64,000 nt of DNA from Dehalococcoidia bacterium (GCA_034423215.1 DAOUIY010000009.1:228572-292571), one strand, 5' to 3'; positions 47,402 through 56,071 are shown, counted from the first letter of the stretch. Notes: generated by a model not told the origin, from the letters alone. Translations and numbers: made by a program.

Positions 47402-48303
47402 GTGATATGTTGGAAGCTTTGCTGGATGCCCTGATTTTCTTTCCCCGCGGCCTGGTGTACGTGGCCCTGGGGGTGATTGTATTGCTCATCGCAAAACTGG
47501 CCCGGGACCTCATAACCTCCCACCGGGAAGACGAAGAGGTCGTCGAGAAGAGGAACCTGGCCGAGGCCCTGCGCCTGGGGGGTTACCTTTTCGGCGTGGT
47601 GCTGGTTTTCGTGGGGGCCGTTTACGAACCCGCCCTGGTGTATGCCGGTATAGGGTTTGATGCCCAGTTCGCCTGGGAGGTCCTTCGGGTTTTCCTGTAC
47701 TCGGTTGGCGGCATTGTGGCCCTCAACCTGGTGCGCGTTGTCATGGACAAGCTGGTGCTGTTCAAGTTTAACGTGGAGCAGGAAGTGCTCAGGGACCAGA
47801 ATGCCGGCACGGGAGCGTCGGAATTCGGAATCAACGTGGCTACCGGCCTGATGATTGCCGGCGCCATTTCCGGTTCCGGCAGCATGGGGGAACCCACCGA
47901 GGCCCTGATTTCCGTGGCCTTTTTCCTGATGGGCCTGGCGGTGCTGATAGCCTTTGCCCTCTTCTACGAGATAACTACATCCTTCGACATTCACGAAGAG
48001 ATAGAAAAGGACAACTACGCCGTTGGGGTGGCTTTCGGAGGGAACTTGATTGCCATCGGCCTGGTGATGCTCAAGGCGCTGTCGGGCGAGTTCGAGGGCT
48101 GGACGGCCGGGATAATCGAGTTTGTCGTCTTTGCCGTAATCGGCTTTGTCCTGCTTTATGTCCTGCGACTGCTGGTTGACTTGCTGGTTCTTCCCAGGGT
48201 GCGGGTTTCCCAGGAAATGGCCGAGGGCCGCAACGTGGGGGTAGCATTCCTGGAGAGTTCCGTGGTGGTCAGTTCGTCGCTGATTTTATTCTTTGCCATT
48301 TAG
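47398..48303 (+). CDS. DUF350-repeat integral membrane protein
   Basis: 301 aa and about 8 TM. The repeated unit (...LIA......T.....E......N.A.A...GG...G...) resembles YjfL-type DUF350. The GTG start overlaps the DUF4178 stop (GTGA); an alternative ATG is at 47407. Confidence 0.65.
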   Translation: MSDMLEALLDALIFFPRGLVYVALGVIVLLIAKLARDLITSHREDEEVVEKRNLAEALRLGGYLFGVVLVFVGAVYEPALVYAGIGFDAQFAWEVLRVFLYSVGGIVALNLVRVVMDKLVLFKFNVEQEVLRDQNAGTGASEFGINVATGLMIAGAISGSGSMGEPTEALISVAFFLMGLAVLIAFALFYEITTSFDIHEEIEKDNYAVGVAFGGNLIAIGLVMLKALSGEFEGWTAGIIEFVVFAVIGFVLLYVLRLLVDLLVLPRVRVSQEMAEGRNVGVAFLESSVVVSSSLILFFAI

Positions 48304-48424
48304 CCTCGTCCGCGGAAGCCTGACGCAGGACCCGGAGGTCCAGACCGAGGGCTTTTCCGGTCAAGCAGGGAATTTCCCTAATATTTCCCCCGAAGCAGCG
48401 CCGGCAGCTTCCGTGTCCAGGGAT

Positions 48425-49516
48425 TCAGGAATCTGAACTGTTCGCCCTGGAGGTAATTCGGGCCAGACGGCGGGACTCTCTTTCGGACTCGGCCGCGTCT
48501 TCCAGAATGGCATAGCCCTGCTCCAGGACTGCCCGTACTATTTCCTCGTCCGACACGCAGCGGTTGACAACCGGCTCCAGGATTTCGTCAAAGAAGGTTT
48601 CCCGCCCGACCTGAGCCTGCCATTCATCCACAAACGGGTCGCAAGTGCCATCGTAAAGACGCAGCAGGAAGACGGTTCGGAGCGGGTCCAGCCCCTCAGC
48701 AAGATAGACCTCAACTCTAAGGTCATCGCCGGCGCCGGTTCCGAACTCTATGGCGCCGGTCTCTTCTTCCCACAATACGTCCTTGAAAATGTCGTAGCGG
48801 TCTATGTAGTCCTCGGTCTCCCTCAACAGCCTGCCGATAAATCCCCGGCCGGCCTGAGTTATATGCGATTCGCCTCCCGGCGAGGCAAAGGACAGGAGGC
48901 CCATGTCTTCCAAACGGCTCATTACTTCGCAGACGGGGTGACTACACGGCGCATCTTCCTGCTCCACCGCCCCGGGACACACTGCCGGCGATTGCTCGTG
49001 CTTGTCTATGAAGTACATGGCCAGGCATTCCTGGAGCCAGGGAAAGAAGGGCTGTTCCGGGGTATCCCAGCCCATGCGGCGCCCGTATTCCAGGGCGCTG
49101 TATCTGGGGCTCAACGAGAGGGAGAGCGGCCGGTCTCCCTCCTGACCGGAGTCCGCCGTGATGTGAAACAACCGGCCGACGGTCGTATCCGGGGCTGCCG
49201 GGCTCCCACCAAGCGCCGTGACTTCAAGCCGGCACAAGTCCCGGCGGAATTGCGCGAGCACGCCCGTAAAGGCCCGGTAAATCTCAACAATGTCCGGGTT
49301 CTCGTACAGGTCGAAAGACTCTTCCACCTCGGCCTGGCCCTCCCCGTCCGGGGGGAATACCTCATCCAGAAGCTGGGCCAGGTCCCATGACCTAGCGGCA
49401 TTGGGGAGGCGCACTTCAAGATAGGCGTGTTCAGGCAGTCCGGACAGCCTTAATTCAAGGCCAATGCCCTTTGCGTTGTGTTCTAAGTAAGCCTGTTGGC
49501 CTTCGCTGTCTTCCAT
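48425..49516 (-). CDS. Acidic 363-aa hypothetical protein with possible winged-helix segment
   Basis: No family recognised. The segment CEVMSRLEDMGLLSFASPGGESHITQAGRGFIGRLL looks like a wHTH recognition helix plus wing. It is very Glu/Asp-rich and is the last gene of the SecA-paralog gene string. Confidence 0.6.
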   Translation of the reverse strand: MEDSEGQQAYLEHNAKGIGLELRLSGLPEHAYLEVRLPNAARSWDLAQLLDEVFPPDGEGQAEVEESFDLYENPDIVEIYRAFTGVLAQFRRDLCRLEVTALGGSPAAPDTTVGRLFHITADSGQEGDRPLSLSLSPRYSALEYGRRMGWDTPEQPFFPWLQECLAMYFIDKHEQSPAVCPGAVEQEDAPCSHPVCEVMSRLEDMGLLSFASPGGESHITQAGRGFIGRLLRETEDYIDRYDIFKDVLWEEETGAIEFGTGAGDDLRVEVYLAEGLDPLRTVFLLRLYDGTCDPFVDEWQAQVGRETFFDEILEPVVNRCVSDEEIVRAVLEQGYAILEDAAESERESRRLARITSRANSSDS

Positions 49517-49749
49517 GCCGTTAGCCGGAGTCCTTTACTCGCCAGTGTGACCTGCTTGCTTAGAGAACGGGTCTATGGTGAAGCGAGAGCGGGCAATTGA
49601 AAGCGCGGTGCGCGTGAGCGCCCATATTCTTAATAATGACGCGTTCCCTTGAGGGCATCCTTGCAGCGGGTAGGGAATCTCCCAATCGGACACGCCGGTA
49701 AAACTTGGGGCTTCCCTGAAGCGTCTTGCGTTTCGCCTTGACCCCGGCG

Positions 49750-50556
49750 TTATTTCCTGTCTATGCCCAGGTTGACGGTCCCGCCGCCGCCGCTGAAACT
49801 GCCGCTCCGGGACCTGACAGATGATGATCCGAAGCCCCGGCCGGACCCGGACCTGGATACGGCGCTGCTGGACCGGAAAGCCCCTGAACTTCTCTGCGTC
49901 TGCTGGTAGGTCTGCCGGTTGGAGCTCAGGTTGCGGCTTGAGTCCTGGTAGCGGGAGCCGGCGAACCCCTGCTGCCGGGTTGCGTACCGGCTGTTGCGGG
50001 CCACCTGGGATCCGTACCGATTGGAACTGCGGTAGCTGGCCCGCTCCTGCCTGATTACGCCCCCGCGACTTACCGGCGTAGCGTAGAAATACGGCCCCGG
50101 CATGAAAGCGGTGGCCACCATGTAACCGAAAAGGAAACTGCCTGGGCCGAAGCTGCTGTGGTAGTAGCTGTTGGCGTGATACCCCTGCATTTCGTGGCGG
50201 TCGTCCCGCTCCACTATGGTGAATAGCAGGTCGTCCCGCTCGTCCTCAATCTCATTGCTGGAGTTCAGGTCTTCCCAACCTTCAAGGGTCAGCGCCTCGC
50301 CATCCTGGAGCGCGCGGATGAGAATTATCCCGTCGCCCTCGTAAATCTCGTTCACCCGGGTCTCAAACTCGGTGGCGCTTTTGGAATCTTTGAAGGCTTC
50401 CTGGACATCATCCAGGTTGATGCGCCCGGCAGCCCCGTCGGTGGCCGCCCAGTTTTCGTAGGTGGGCCCGCTGCTGCACGCCGCTACCAGGGGAGCGCCG
50501 GCGACCATGGTACCCGTAAATAGGGCTGTGCTGAGTTTCTTCATTCTTCGAGCCAT
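49750..50556 (-). CDS. Lipoprotein with hydrophobic Gly/Phe/Met patch and Ser/Arg/Gly/Gln-rich C-terminal tail
   Basis: ATG at 50556 lies 5 nt after AGGAG. Signal peptide plus lipobox MARRMKKLSTALFTGTMVAGAPLVAAC|SS. Tail ...RSSGAFRSSSAVSRSGSGRGFGSSSVRSRSGSFSGGGG. The longer track form (to 50649) is rejected. Confidence 0.75.
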   Translation of the reverse strand: MARRMKKLSTALFTGTMVAGAPLVAACSSGPTYENWAATDGAAGRINLDDVQEAFKDSKSATEFETRVNEIYEGDGIILIRALQDGEALTLEGWEDLNSSNEIEDERDDLLFTIVERDDRHEMQGYHANSYYHSSFGPGSFLFGYMVATAFMPGPYFYATPVSRGGVIRQERASYRSSNRYGSQVARNSRYATRQQGFAGSRYQDSSRNLSSNRQTYQQTQRSSGAFRSSSAVSRSGSGRGFGSSSVRSRSGSFSGGGGTVNLGIDRK

Positions 50557-50645
50557 GTCATCTCCTGTTCGCCGGTAGGGTGGTGATGGGCGCGCCGTCG
50601 CTCGCCCTGGCGCGGGCATTTTCTTCAACAGAGTTGAATAGCGCC

Positions 50646-53600
50646 TCAAATGCCGATGAGTTCGGTGATTTCCTTGTCGTTTTCCTGGTTATATTCCAGG
50701 TTGTTGAACCCCTGCTGGGAGAACCCCAAGTCATCACCGCCGGCAACCGGCGCTAGCGCCTGGACCGGAAAGAGCAACAACCGGGAGACAAACTCGTCCC
50801 GGCAAGAGGCGCGAAACTCGGACAAAAGCTCCGAAGAATGCAGGATGTAATCCGCTACCGCAGTCTTATGGCCGTGGAGACCCGCCAGCGATGCGAGCAA
50901 GGTATCCTGCAGGTGAGCCTGGTGGGCCACCCAAAGTTCGTCGCTGCACTCCAGGAATACCTGCCGCGCTAGTTTTCCGAACCTGCGCTCGCCGGCAACG
51001 CTCTTGAGTTCTTCCAGCTTTTGCATCAGCCTTGCAGACAACAGGGCCGGCAGCAGATCCACCGGCTGCCCGTACAGATCGGGAAGGGCGAGACCAAATG
51101 AATCCGACGCCTGCCGGCTGAAGTTTGAGAACCTGGCCGAATAGTCGGAGCAATCCAGGCCCGGAAAATGCTCTTCCACCAGGGACCGCGCGGTTTCCAG
51201 AACCGCGGGAGGCAGTTCATCCAACAGGCCGGCGCCGGCCAGGACGGTTTGCCTGAGCCGGTAATAGGCATCTGTCTGCAAGTCCTGAACTGCGGCGAAG
51301 TCGTTGGTCAAAGTACGGCTGGTGGCCGCCTCCCGGTCCGCGATATTCTCCTGTTGGCGAAGGTACCTCTCCACTGCCGGCCCCTGCCAACAAGGGTTGC
51401 CGGACGGGTCCCTGCTCAGGCAACCGGCCAGCCGGCGGATGCTCTTCCCCGGCGGAAACAGGTTGCGGTCTTCCAGGGAAAGCAGGAACCCGGTGGAGCC
51501 GAAACTGCCCTGGCGGCCGCTCCTGCCCCGTAGCTGCATCGCCACCCTGGGAAAGCGGTTGAACTGGGTGCTCAGGACATGCAGCCCCAGGCACAATTCC
51601 AACGGAGCATCTGCCGGCGTGCCGTGTGAGGAGCTACCTCGTTGCACCAACGCGGACACCCGGAATGTCACTCCCTGGCTGGTACCGACTCGCTCCACGG
51701 CAAGCTCCCTGGCCTCGCCCAAGGCCCTGTCCAGCAGGGCGGCCTCGCCCACCGTGGATACCTGGACCTCTACCACCGGGCAGCCGCCGGAAATCCTGTT
51801 CCTGACAACTTGGAGGCAACGGTCAACCATCCTTTCGGAAAGGTCGTCGGCCAGGGTGATGTCGGTACCGCGGCCGGCCATATTGGTCGCGACAGTTACC
51901 GCTCCGAAATCGCCTGCGGTCTTTACTTTTCGCTCTTCATTCTGGCTATTGACCGCGTTCAGGACTCGATGCTCTATGCCCGCTTCCTTCAGCTGCCGGC
52001 TGATTAACTCCGACTGCTCAATGGAGCGAACGCCAACCAGCGCCGGCTGCCCCATTTCATGTCGGCGGGCAACCTCGGCAACGACCGCCCGCAGCAGTTC
52101 AGCATCACCTTCGTAGATGCGGCTCGGCAGGTCCACCCGCCGGGCGCCGTGAGATGAGGGCACGGCCACCGTTGGAAGGGAATACTGGCGCTGAAACTCC
52201 TCGGCGGCGGGCATGGCCGTGCCGGTTATGCCGGAAAGAAAGCGATACCGGCGGGCAAAACCCTGGACGGAAATCTGCGCCAGGCTTTCCCGGTCGGGCT
52301 GCACCGGTACCCTTTCCCTGGCTTCCAGGGCCGAGTGCAGGCCGTGACGATATGCGCTGTCGGGCCTTACCCTGCCGGTGTACCGGTCCAGAAGATAGAC
52401 GGCGCCCTCATCCACGATGTAGTCAATCCCCCTTTCCAGGAGGAAGTGGGCCCGGAGGCCCTGGTAAACCCGGTTGGCCATGGCCAGGCGGCGGGCGTTC
52501 TTCCTGGATAACGAGGCCCCTTTACCCTGCCGTGCGTCGTCATCGTCGGAGCCCTCGGTGAACCGGCCCAGTCTTCCTTCCAGGAAGTCCAGACCTTTTG
52601 GGGTAAGGGTTACAGTGGAGGCGTCCAGGTCTGAAACGAAATAGAGGTCGCTGACCCACTCTTCCCCGGGATAGTCGGTCCCTTCGCCGTATATCACTTC
52701 CAGGCCATGCCGGTACGCCTGGGGGTACTCCCGGCTGGCGGCTGCCAGTCCCCGGTGGCGGGGCAGGGCGAGCAGGCCACGGCAAAGCAGGACGCCAAAT
52801 TCTCTGCTGCCGGCCTGGACTGCGCCAAGCCTGGAAACGTATTGCTGCCCTACCGACTCCTGGAGGGCTGCCAGTTCACGCACCGTCCGGTCCACGCCGG
52901 CAACAGGCAGAAATCCATGAACGGGCTCGCCGGAAATTATCAGGGGGGTTGCGGCCTCGTCTATCAACGCCTGGTCGGCTTCGTCAACTATGGCCACGTC
53001 CAGCGGGGGCTGGACCTGCCCGTCAACGCAGTGGGCCACGTTATCCCTCAAGTAGTCAAACCCGAACTCCCGCAATGTGCCGTAAACAACGTCACAGCCG
53101 TAGGCGGCCTTTCGCTCATCGGCGTCCATGTAATCCAGAACGGCGGCCACGGAAATATCCAGGGACCGAAAAACCGGCGCCATCAAGCGGCAATCCCGGT
53201 CGGCCAGGTAGTCGTTGCCGGTAATCACGTGCACCGAGCGACCCTGGACGGCGTGCATAACTGCCGCAAAGGCAATGGCCACCGTCTTGCCCTCGCCGGC
53301 CTGCATTTCCACCACCCGGCCGCGGTGCAGATGAAGAGCAGCCAACAGTTGCTGGTCTGTAGCGTCAAAAGTGAAACGTCCCGCCGTATCTGCCTCTGCA
53401 ACTGCTCGGTAGAACCCGGCGGACAGCATCAGGTCTGAGCCATACCGGCCCCTTCCCGACCACTTAACGGCTTCGATCGCCTCCAGGATGGCAGCGGAAG
53501 CGGCAGCGCCGGACTCTAACGGGATACTCGCCCCCCATTCTGCGCCGCTCCCCTCACTTGACCCGGATACAGCCGAGTCCAGAATCCTCCATGCTCCCAG

Positions 53601-53951
53601 CCTACGGCGAATGGCCTCATCCACGATGGCAAATACGGTAACAACGCTTTCCTCAGTCTTGCCGGCGGGAGCAGACTCCCGGCATCGCGCCGCCAAATCA
53701 CCCAAGGCATCGCGCAGTTGCAAGTCGGAAAGGTTGGAAAGTACCAACTCTCTGCCGGCATCTCGAATCCGGCGCACCAACGCCATTTCCTTGCGGTGTG
53801 AAGAAAAGAAGGGGTCAAAGAGGGCTGACCTGGCAGCGGTAATAAACTCGGGGGTGAAAAAGCGGGCCGGCCACCTCCTTAGCCCCGGCGCCCGATCTTT
53901 CAGGCGGCCAGGGTTGGCAGGGTTGTAAAGGCGCGGGGAGATTGCCGCCAT
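50646..53951 (-). CDS. Divergent SecA-like translocase ATPase (paralog-type)
   Basis: Colinear SecA blocks: MQAGEGKT (Walker A), HVITGNDYLADRD, IVDEADQALIDEAATPLIISG, PPXD-like DYIVDEGAVYLLDRYTGRV...RHGLHSALEARE, FLSGITGTA, VLNA..., TVATNMAGRGTDI, QLRGRSGRQGSFGSTGFLLSLEDRNL, and scaffold/wing helices ...DELWVAHQAHLQD... It also has an N-terminal extension, an ~80-aa insertion in NBD1 and no C-terminal Zn finger. The start could instead be an internal Met. Confidence 0.8.
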   Translation of the reverse strand: MAAISPRLYNPANPGRLKDRAPGLRRWPARFFTPEFITAARSALFDPFFSSHRKEMALVRRIRDAGRELVLSNLSDLQLRDALGDLAARCRESAPAGKTEESVVTVFAIVDEAIRRRLGAWRILDSAVSGSSEGSGAEWGASIPLESGAAASAAILEAIEAVKWSGRGRYGSDLMLSAGFYRAVAEADTAGRFTFDATDQQLLAALHLHRGRVVEMQAGEGKTVAIAFAAVMHAVQGRSVHVITGNDYLADRDCRLMAPVFRSLDISVAAVLDYMDADERKAAYGCDVVYGTLREFGFDYLRDNVAHCVDGQVQPPLDVAIVDEADQALIDEAATPLIISGEPVHGFLPVAGVDRTVRELAALQESVGQQYVSRLGAVQAGSREFGVLLCRGLLALPRHRGLAAASREYPQAYRHGLEVIYGEGTDYPGEEWVSDLYFVSDLDASTVTLTPKGLDFLEGRLGRFTEGSDDDDARQGKGASLSRKNARRLAMANRVYQGLRAHFLLERGIDYIVDEGAVYLLDRYTGRVRPDSAYRHGLHSALEARERVPVQPDRESLAQISVQGFARRYRFLSGITGTAMPAAEEFQRQYSLPTVAVPSSHGARRVDLPSRIYEGDAELLRAVVAEVARRHEMGQPALVGVRSIEQSELISRQLKEAGIEHRVLNAVNSQNEERKVKTAGDFGAVTVATNMAGRGTDITLADDLSERMVDRCLQVVRNRISGGCPVVEVQVSTVGEAALLDRALGEARELAVERVGTSQGVTFRVSALVQRGSSSHGTPADAPLELCLGLHVLSTQFNRFPRVAMQLRGRSGRQGSFGSTGFLLSLEDRNLFPPGKSIRRLAGCLSRDPSGNPCWQGPAVERYLRQQENIADREAATSRTLTNDFAAVQDLQTDAYYRLRQTVLAGAGLLDELPPAVLETARSLVEEHFPGLDCSDYSARFSNFSRQASDSFGLALPDLYGQPVDLLPALLSARLMQKLEELKSVAGERRFGKLARQVFLECSDELWVAHQAHLQDTLLASLAGLHGHKTAVADYILHSSELLSEFRASCRDEFVSRLLLFPVQALAPVAGGDDLGFSQQGFNNLEYNQENDKEITELIGI

Positions 53952-53984
53952 GCCTGCAGTGCGCTCCAGGCTCCGGGACTATGA

Positions 53985-55370
53985 CTAGGCCAACCGCATA
54001 ACCACCAGGCCCGCGTCATGCCCGGGAATGTCCCATTCATTATACCTGAGCAGCAAGTAATCCCTGGAAGCCAGGATGCCCGCCGCGGCCACGGGTTCAT
54101 TCCGGGCGAATTCCCGGCCCAGTTCAGTGTCCAGGGACCAGCCCCTGCTGACCTGGCAGCCATAGCCGGCCCGTCGGGCAATGGCCTGGTACTCGCCGGC
54201 CAACCGCTCAAACTCAGCCTCGCCGCGAAAGGGCAGGGGCGCCACGTAGAAGTCGCGGGAGAGAAACAGGCCCAGTTCGTTCTCGAATACCTGGACCATA
54301 TCTGCGTCGGTAATCCACCCTTCCAGGGCAAAGAAAAGATTCAACGGAATGTCCTGCGGAACTCGGTGGTAGTAGTAGTGCTCTTCCGCTTCCACCATTC
54401 GGACCTGGACGAATTCCTTGTCCTTGTCTCTCAGCAGCGCTTCGGTCTGCTCACCTTTGAGGAACAGGAAGGGGATATTCCCGTTGGTGGCGTCCACCAG
54501 GACGTGAGCGCCGTCCAGGTGATAGAGCAGGGCCGCGTGCTGCCAATAGCGCATGTAGCGTCGGCCAAACCTGAAGTCAAAGGTCAGGAGCATCTCACGC
54601 AGGCGGTCAAGGGGAACCGGGCCGCTGGCTCCATCACCGCCAATCAGGTATTCCGCTTCGAAACCGTAATGGTCGGTCAGAAACTTGAGCGCCTGAACCT
54701 TCTCGGTGCAGATACCCCCGTGGCCCTCGCCTATGCTCCTCACGGTCTCGTCACCCGCCTTTGAAAGCAACTGTTCGCCGGTAAACCGGGAATAGTTCTC
54801 AAAAGGGGCCTCCCAGATCCTGCGGGCGAGGGTTTCAAGGAAAGTCAGGCGGCTATGAGGGTCGTCCAGGGCCAAAACACGCCGGGCGCCGGCCTGGCCC
54901 AAGGCGGCTTCCAAAGTTTCCTGGACGAAATTGGTGAAACAAGCGGCGTCCCGTTCCCACCGCCGCCGGTGGAAGCCCGCCCAGTTGCGGTCATACCCAG
55001 CGTTGGTGCGATCCACCGTGATTTCAACCAGGTCGGCGGTAGCCCCCACCAAGTTGGCTGGCCGGGCATTGGGCAGTTCTTCCAGGGCCAACGGCTCACC
55101 GTCCTGGCGGAAGACAACACCGGAAAAAATGCCTTTGAGCTGGCCGGCATCGTCGCAGGAAAATACCAGGTCTTGAATGGCGAACAGGGAACGCAGTGAC
55201 TGGCTGGAGATTGAACCCGACTCCAACAAGTCCTCTGCCGGCAACCGATGCAGGTATTTTTCGAGAAGCTGCGACAGGTCAAACTGCCGGTCGGCCTCCT
55301 CCAGCTTCAACGTGGCAGCCCTTCGGGTAAAGGAGTCGGTTATTCGCAGAATCAGGGGAGGGCTGTCCAA
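53985..55370 (-). CDS. Transglutaminase-like (papain-fold Cys-His-Asp) protein, cytoplasmic
   Basis: 461 aa. GEGHGGICTEKVQALKFL (Cys), ~65 aa later YWQHAALLY (His), 14 aa later LVDATNGN (Asp). Spacing and context fit transglutaminase-core enzymes. TTG start follows AGGTGAG. 33 nt upstream of the SecA-like gene. Confidence 0.55.
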   Translation of the reverse strand: MDSPPLILRITDSFTRRAATLKLEEADRQFDLSQLLEKYLHRLPAEDLLESGSISSQSLRSLFAIQDLVFSCDDAGQLKGIFSGVVFRQDGEPLALEELPNARPANLVGATADLVEITVDRTNAGYDRNWAGFHRRRWERDAACFTNFVQETLEAALGQAGARRVLALDDPHSRLTFLETLARRIWEAPFENYSRFTGEQLLSKAGDETVRSIGEGHGGICTEKVQALKFLTDHYGFEAEYLIGGDGASGPVPLDRLREMLLTFDFRFGRRYMRYWQHAALLYHLDGAHVLVDATNGNIPFLFLKGEQTEALLRDKDKEFVQVRMVEAEEHYYYHRVPQDIPLNLFFALEGWITDADMVQVFENELGLFLSRDFYVAPLPFRGEAEFERLAGEYQAIARRAGYGCQVSRGWSLDTELGREFARNEPVAAAGILASRDYLLLRYNEWDIPGHDAGLVVMRLA

Positions 55371-55540
55371 GACTCACCTGCAACGGGAGAGGAGAATATC
55401 GGTGTGGAAGACACTACGGTAAGCCGGGGATGAAAGGGGGCCGAAAAACGGAGGAAGGCGGGTAAATCTGGTGCGGAATTGGAGGGAAGCTCGCAAACCA
55501 CACGCCCGACCGGCGGCGCATGGGCCGTCAATGAACCAAA

Positions 55541-55617
<77 letters not shown>

Positions 55618-55751
55618 AAATTTTGCCCAACCCTGGCCCTTGTGGAAGCAAGGTTGGAAATGCCCCCTAAGTCCACATATGGTCCAATCAAAGAGCAGGA
55701 ATTATTATACTACAGGCTAAACGGAACCAACAGGCAACTGCCATCAGGCTA

Positions 55752-55958
55752 CTGGGCAATCGCGTTTTAACGAATCATCGTCCTGAGTGGCCAAAACTGT
55801 CATTCTGAACTGAGTGAAGAATCCAAAAACCTTCCCAAAGCCCGGTTACGGACCCGAAAGTTGGCTTGGGGGGAAGGATTTTAGGCCCTTCGGCAAGCTC
55901 AGGGTGACATGACCTCCAGCACGGGATGTATAGCCCACTTTAAGAGGCTATTTCCCTA
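55752..55958 (-). mobile_element. MITE-like repeat family C, copy 3 (inverted orientation)
   Basis: The reverse complement is colinear with copies 1 and 2 (CATGTCACCCTGAGCTTGCCGAAGGGCCTAAAATCC ... TTTGGATTCTTCACTCAGTTCAGAATGACAG ... CGTTAAAACGCGATTGCCCAG). The distal TIR is degenerate. Confidence 0.65.
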
Positions 55959-56005
55959 TCCAAATGTAGCTGTAAGAAACTTAAGGTAAGGAACAACCCA
56001 AGTCC

Positions 56006-56071
56006 GTCGTTCTTGCGCAGTCGGGGTCCTCGACAGGCTAAATTCAGATTCCTGCCCTCTCAGGAATGACG
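56006..56071. repeat. Interspersed repeat family B copy (inverted)
   Basis: CGTCGTTCTTGCGCAGTCGGGGTCCTCGACAGG...ATTCCTGCCCTCTCAGGAATGACG. Confidence 0.65.

Noticed and set aside
49750-50649. Long form of the lipoprotein ORF starting at 50649 and overlapping the SecA-like stop by 4 nt.
   Set aside because: The extra 31 residues (MRRYSTLLKKMPAPGRATARPSPPYRRTGDD) precede a textbook signal peptide. The internal ATG at 50556 has a strong AGGAG RBS.
50646-53951. Annotating the 1101-aa protein simply as the housekeeping preprotein translocase SecA.
   Set aside because: It has an unusual operon context, an NBD1 insertion, an N-terminal extension, divergence at normally invariant positions (e.g. ERHESRRID replaced by QFNRFPRVA) and no Zn-finger tail. 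Together these argue for a paralog. This cannot be settled without the rest of the genome, so it is called SecA-like.
41779-55370. Calling the 41.8-55.4 kb block a mobile genomic island or a phage-defence locus.
   Set aside because: No integrase, transposase, recombinase, nuclease, methyltransferase or other defence hallmark is present. Apart from higBA at the other end of the window, nothing resembles a known defence system.
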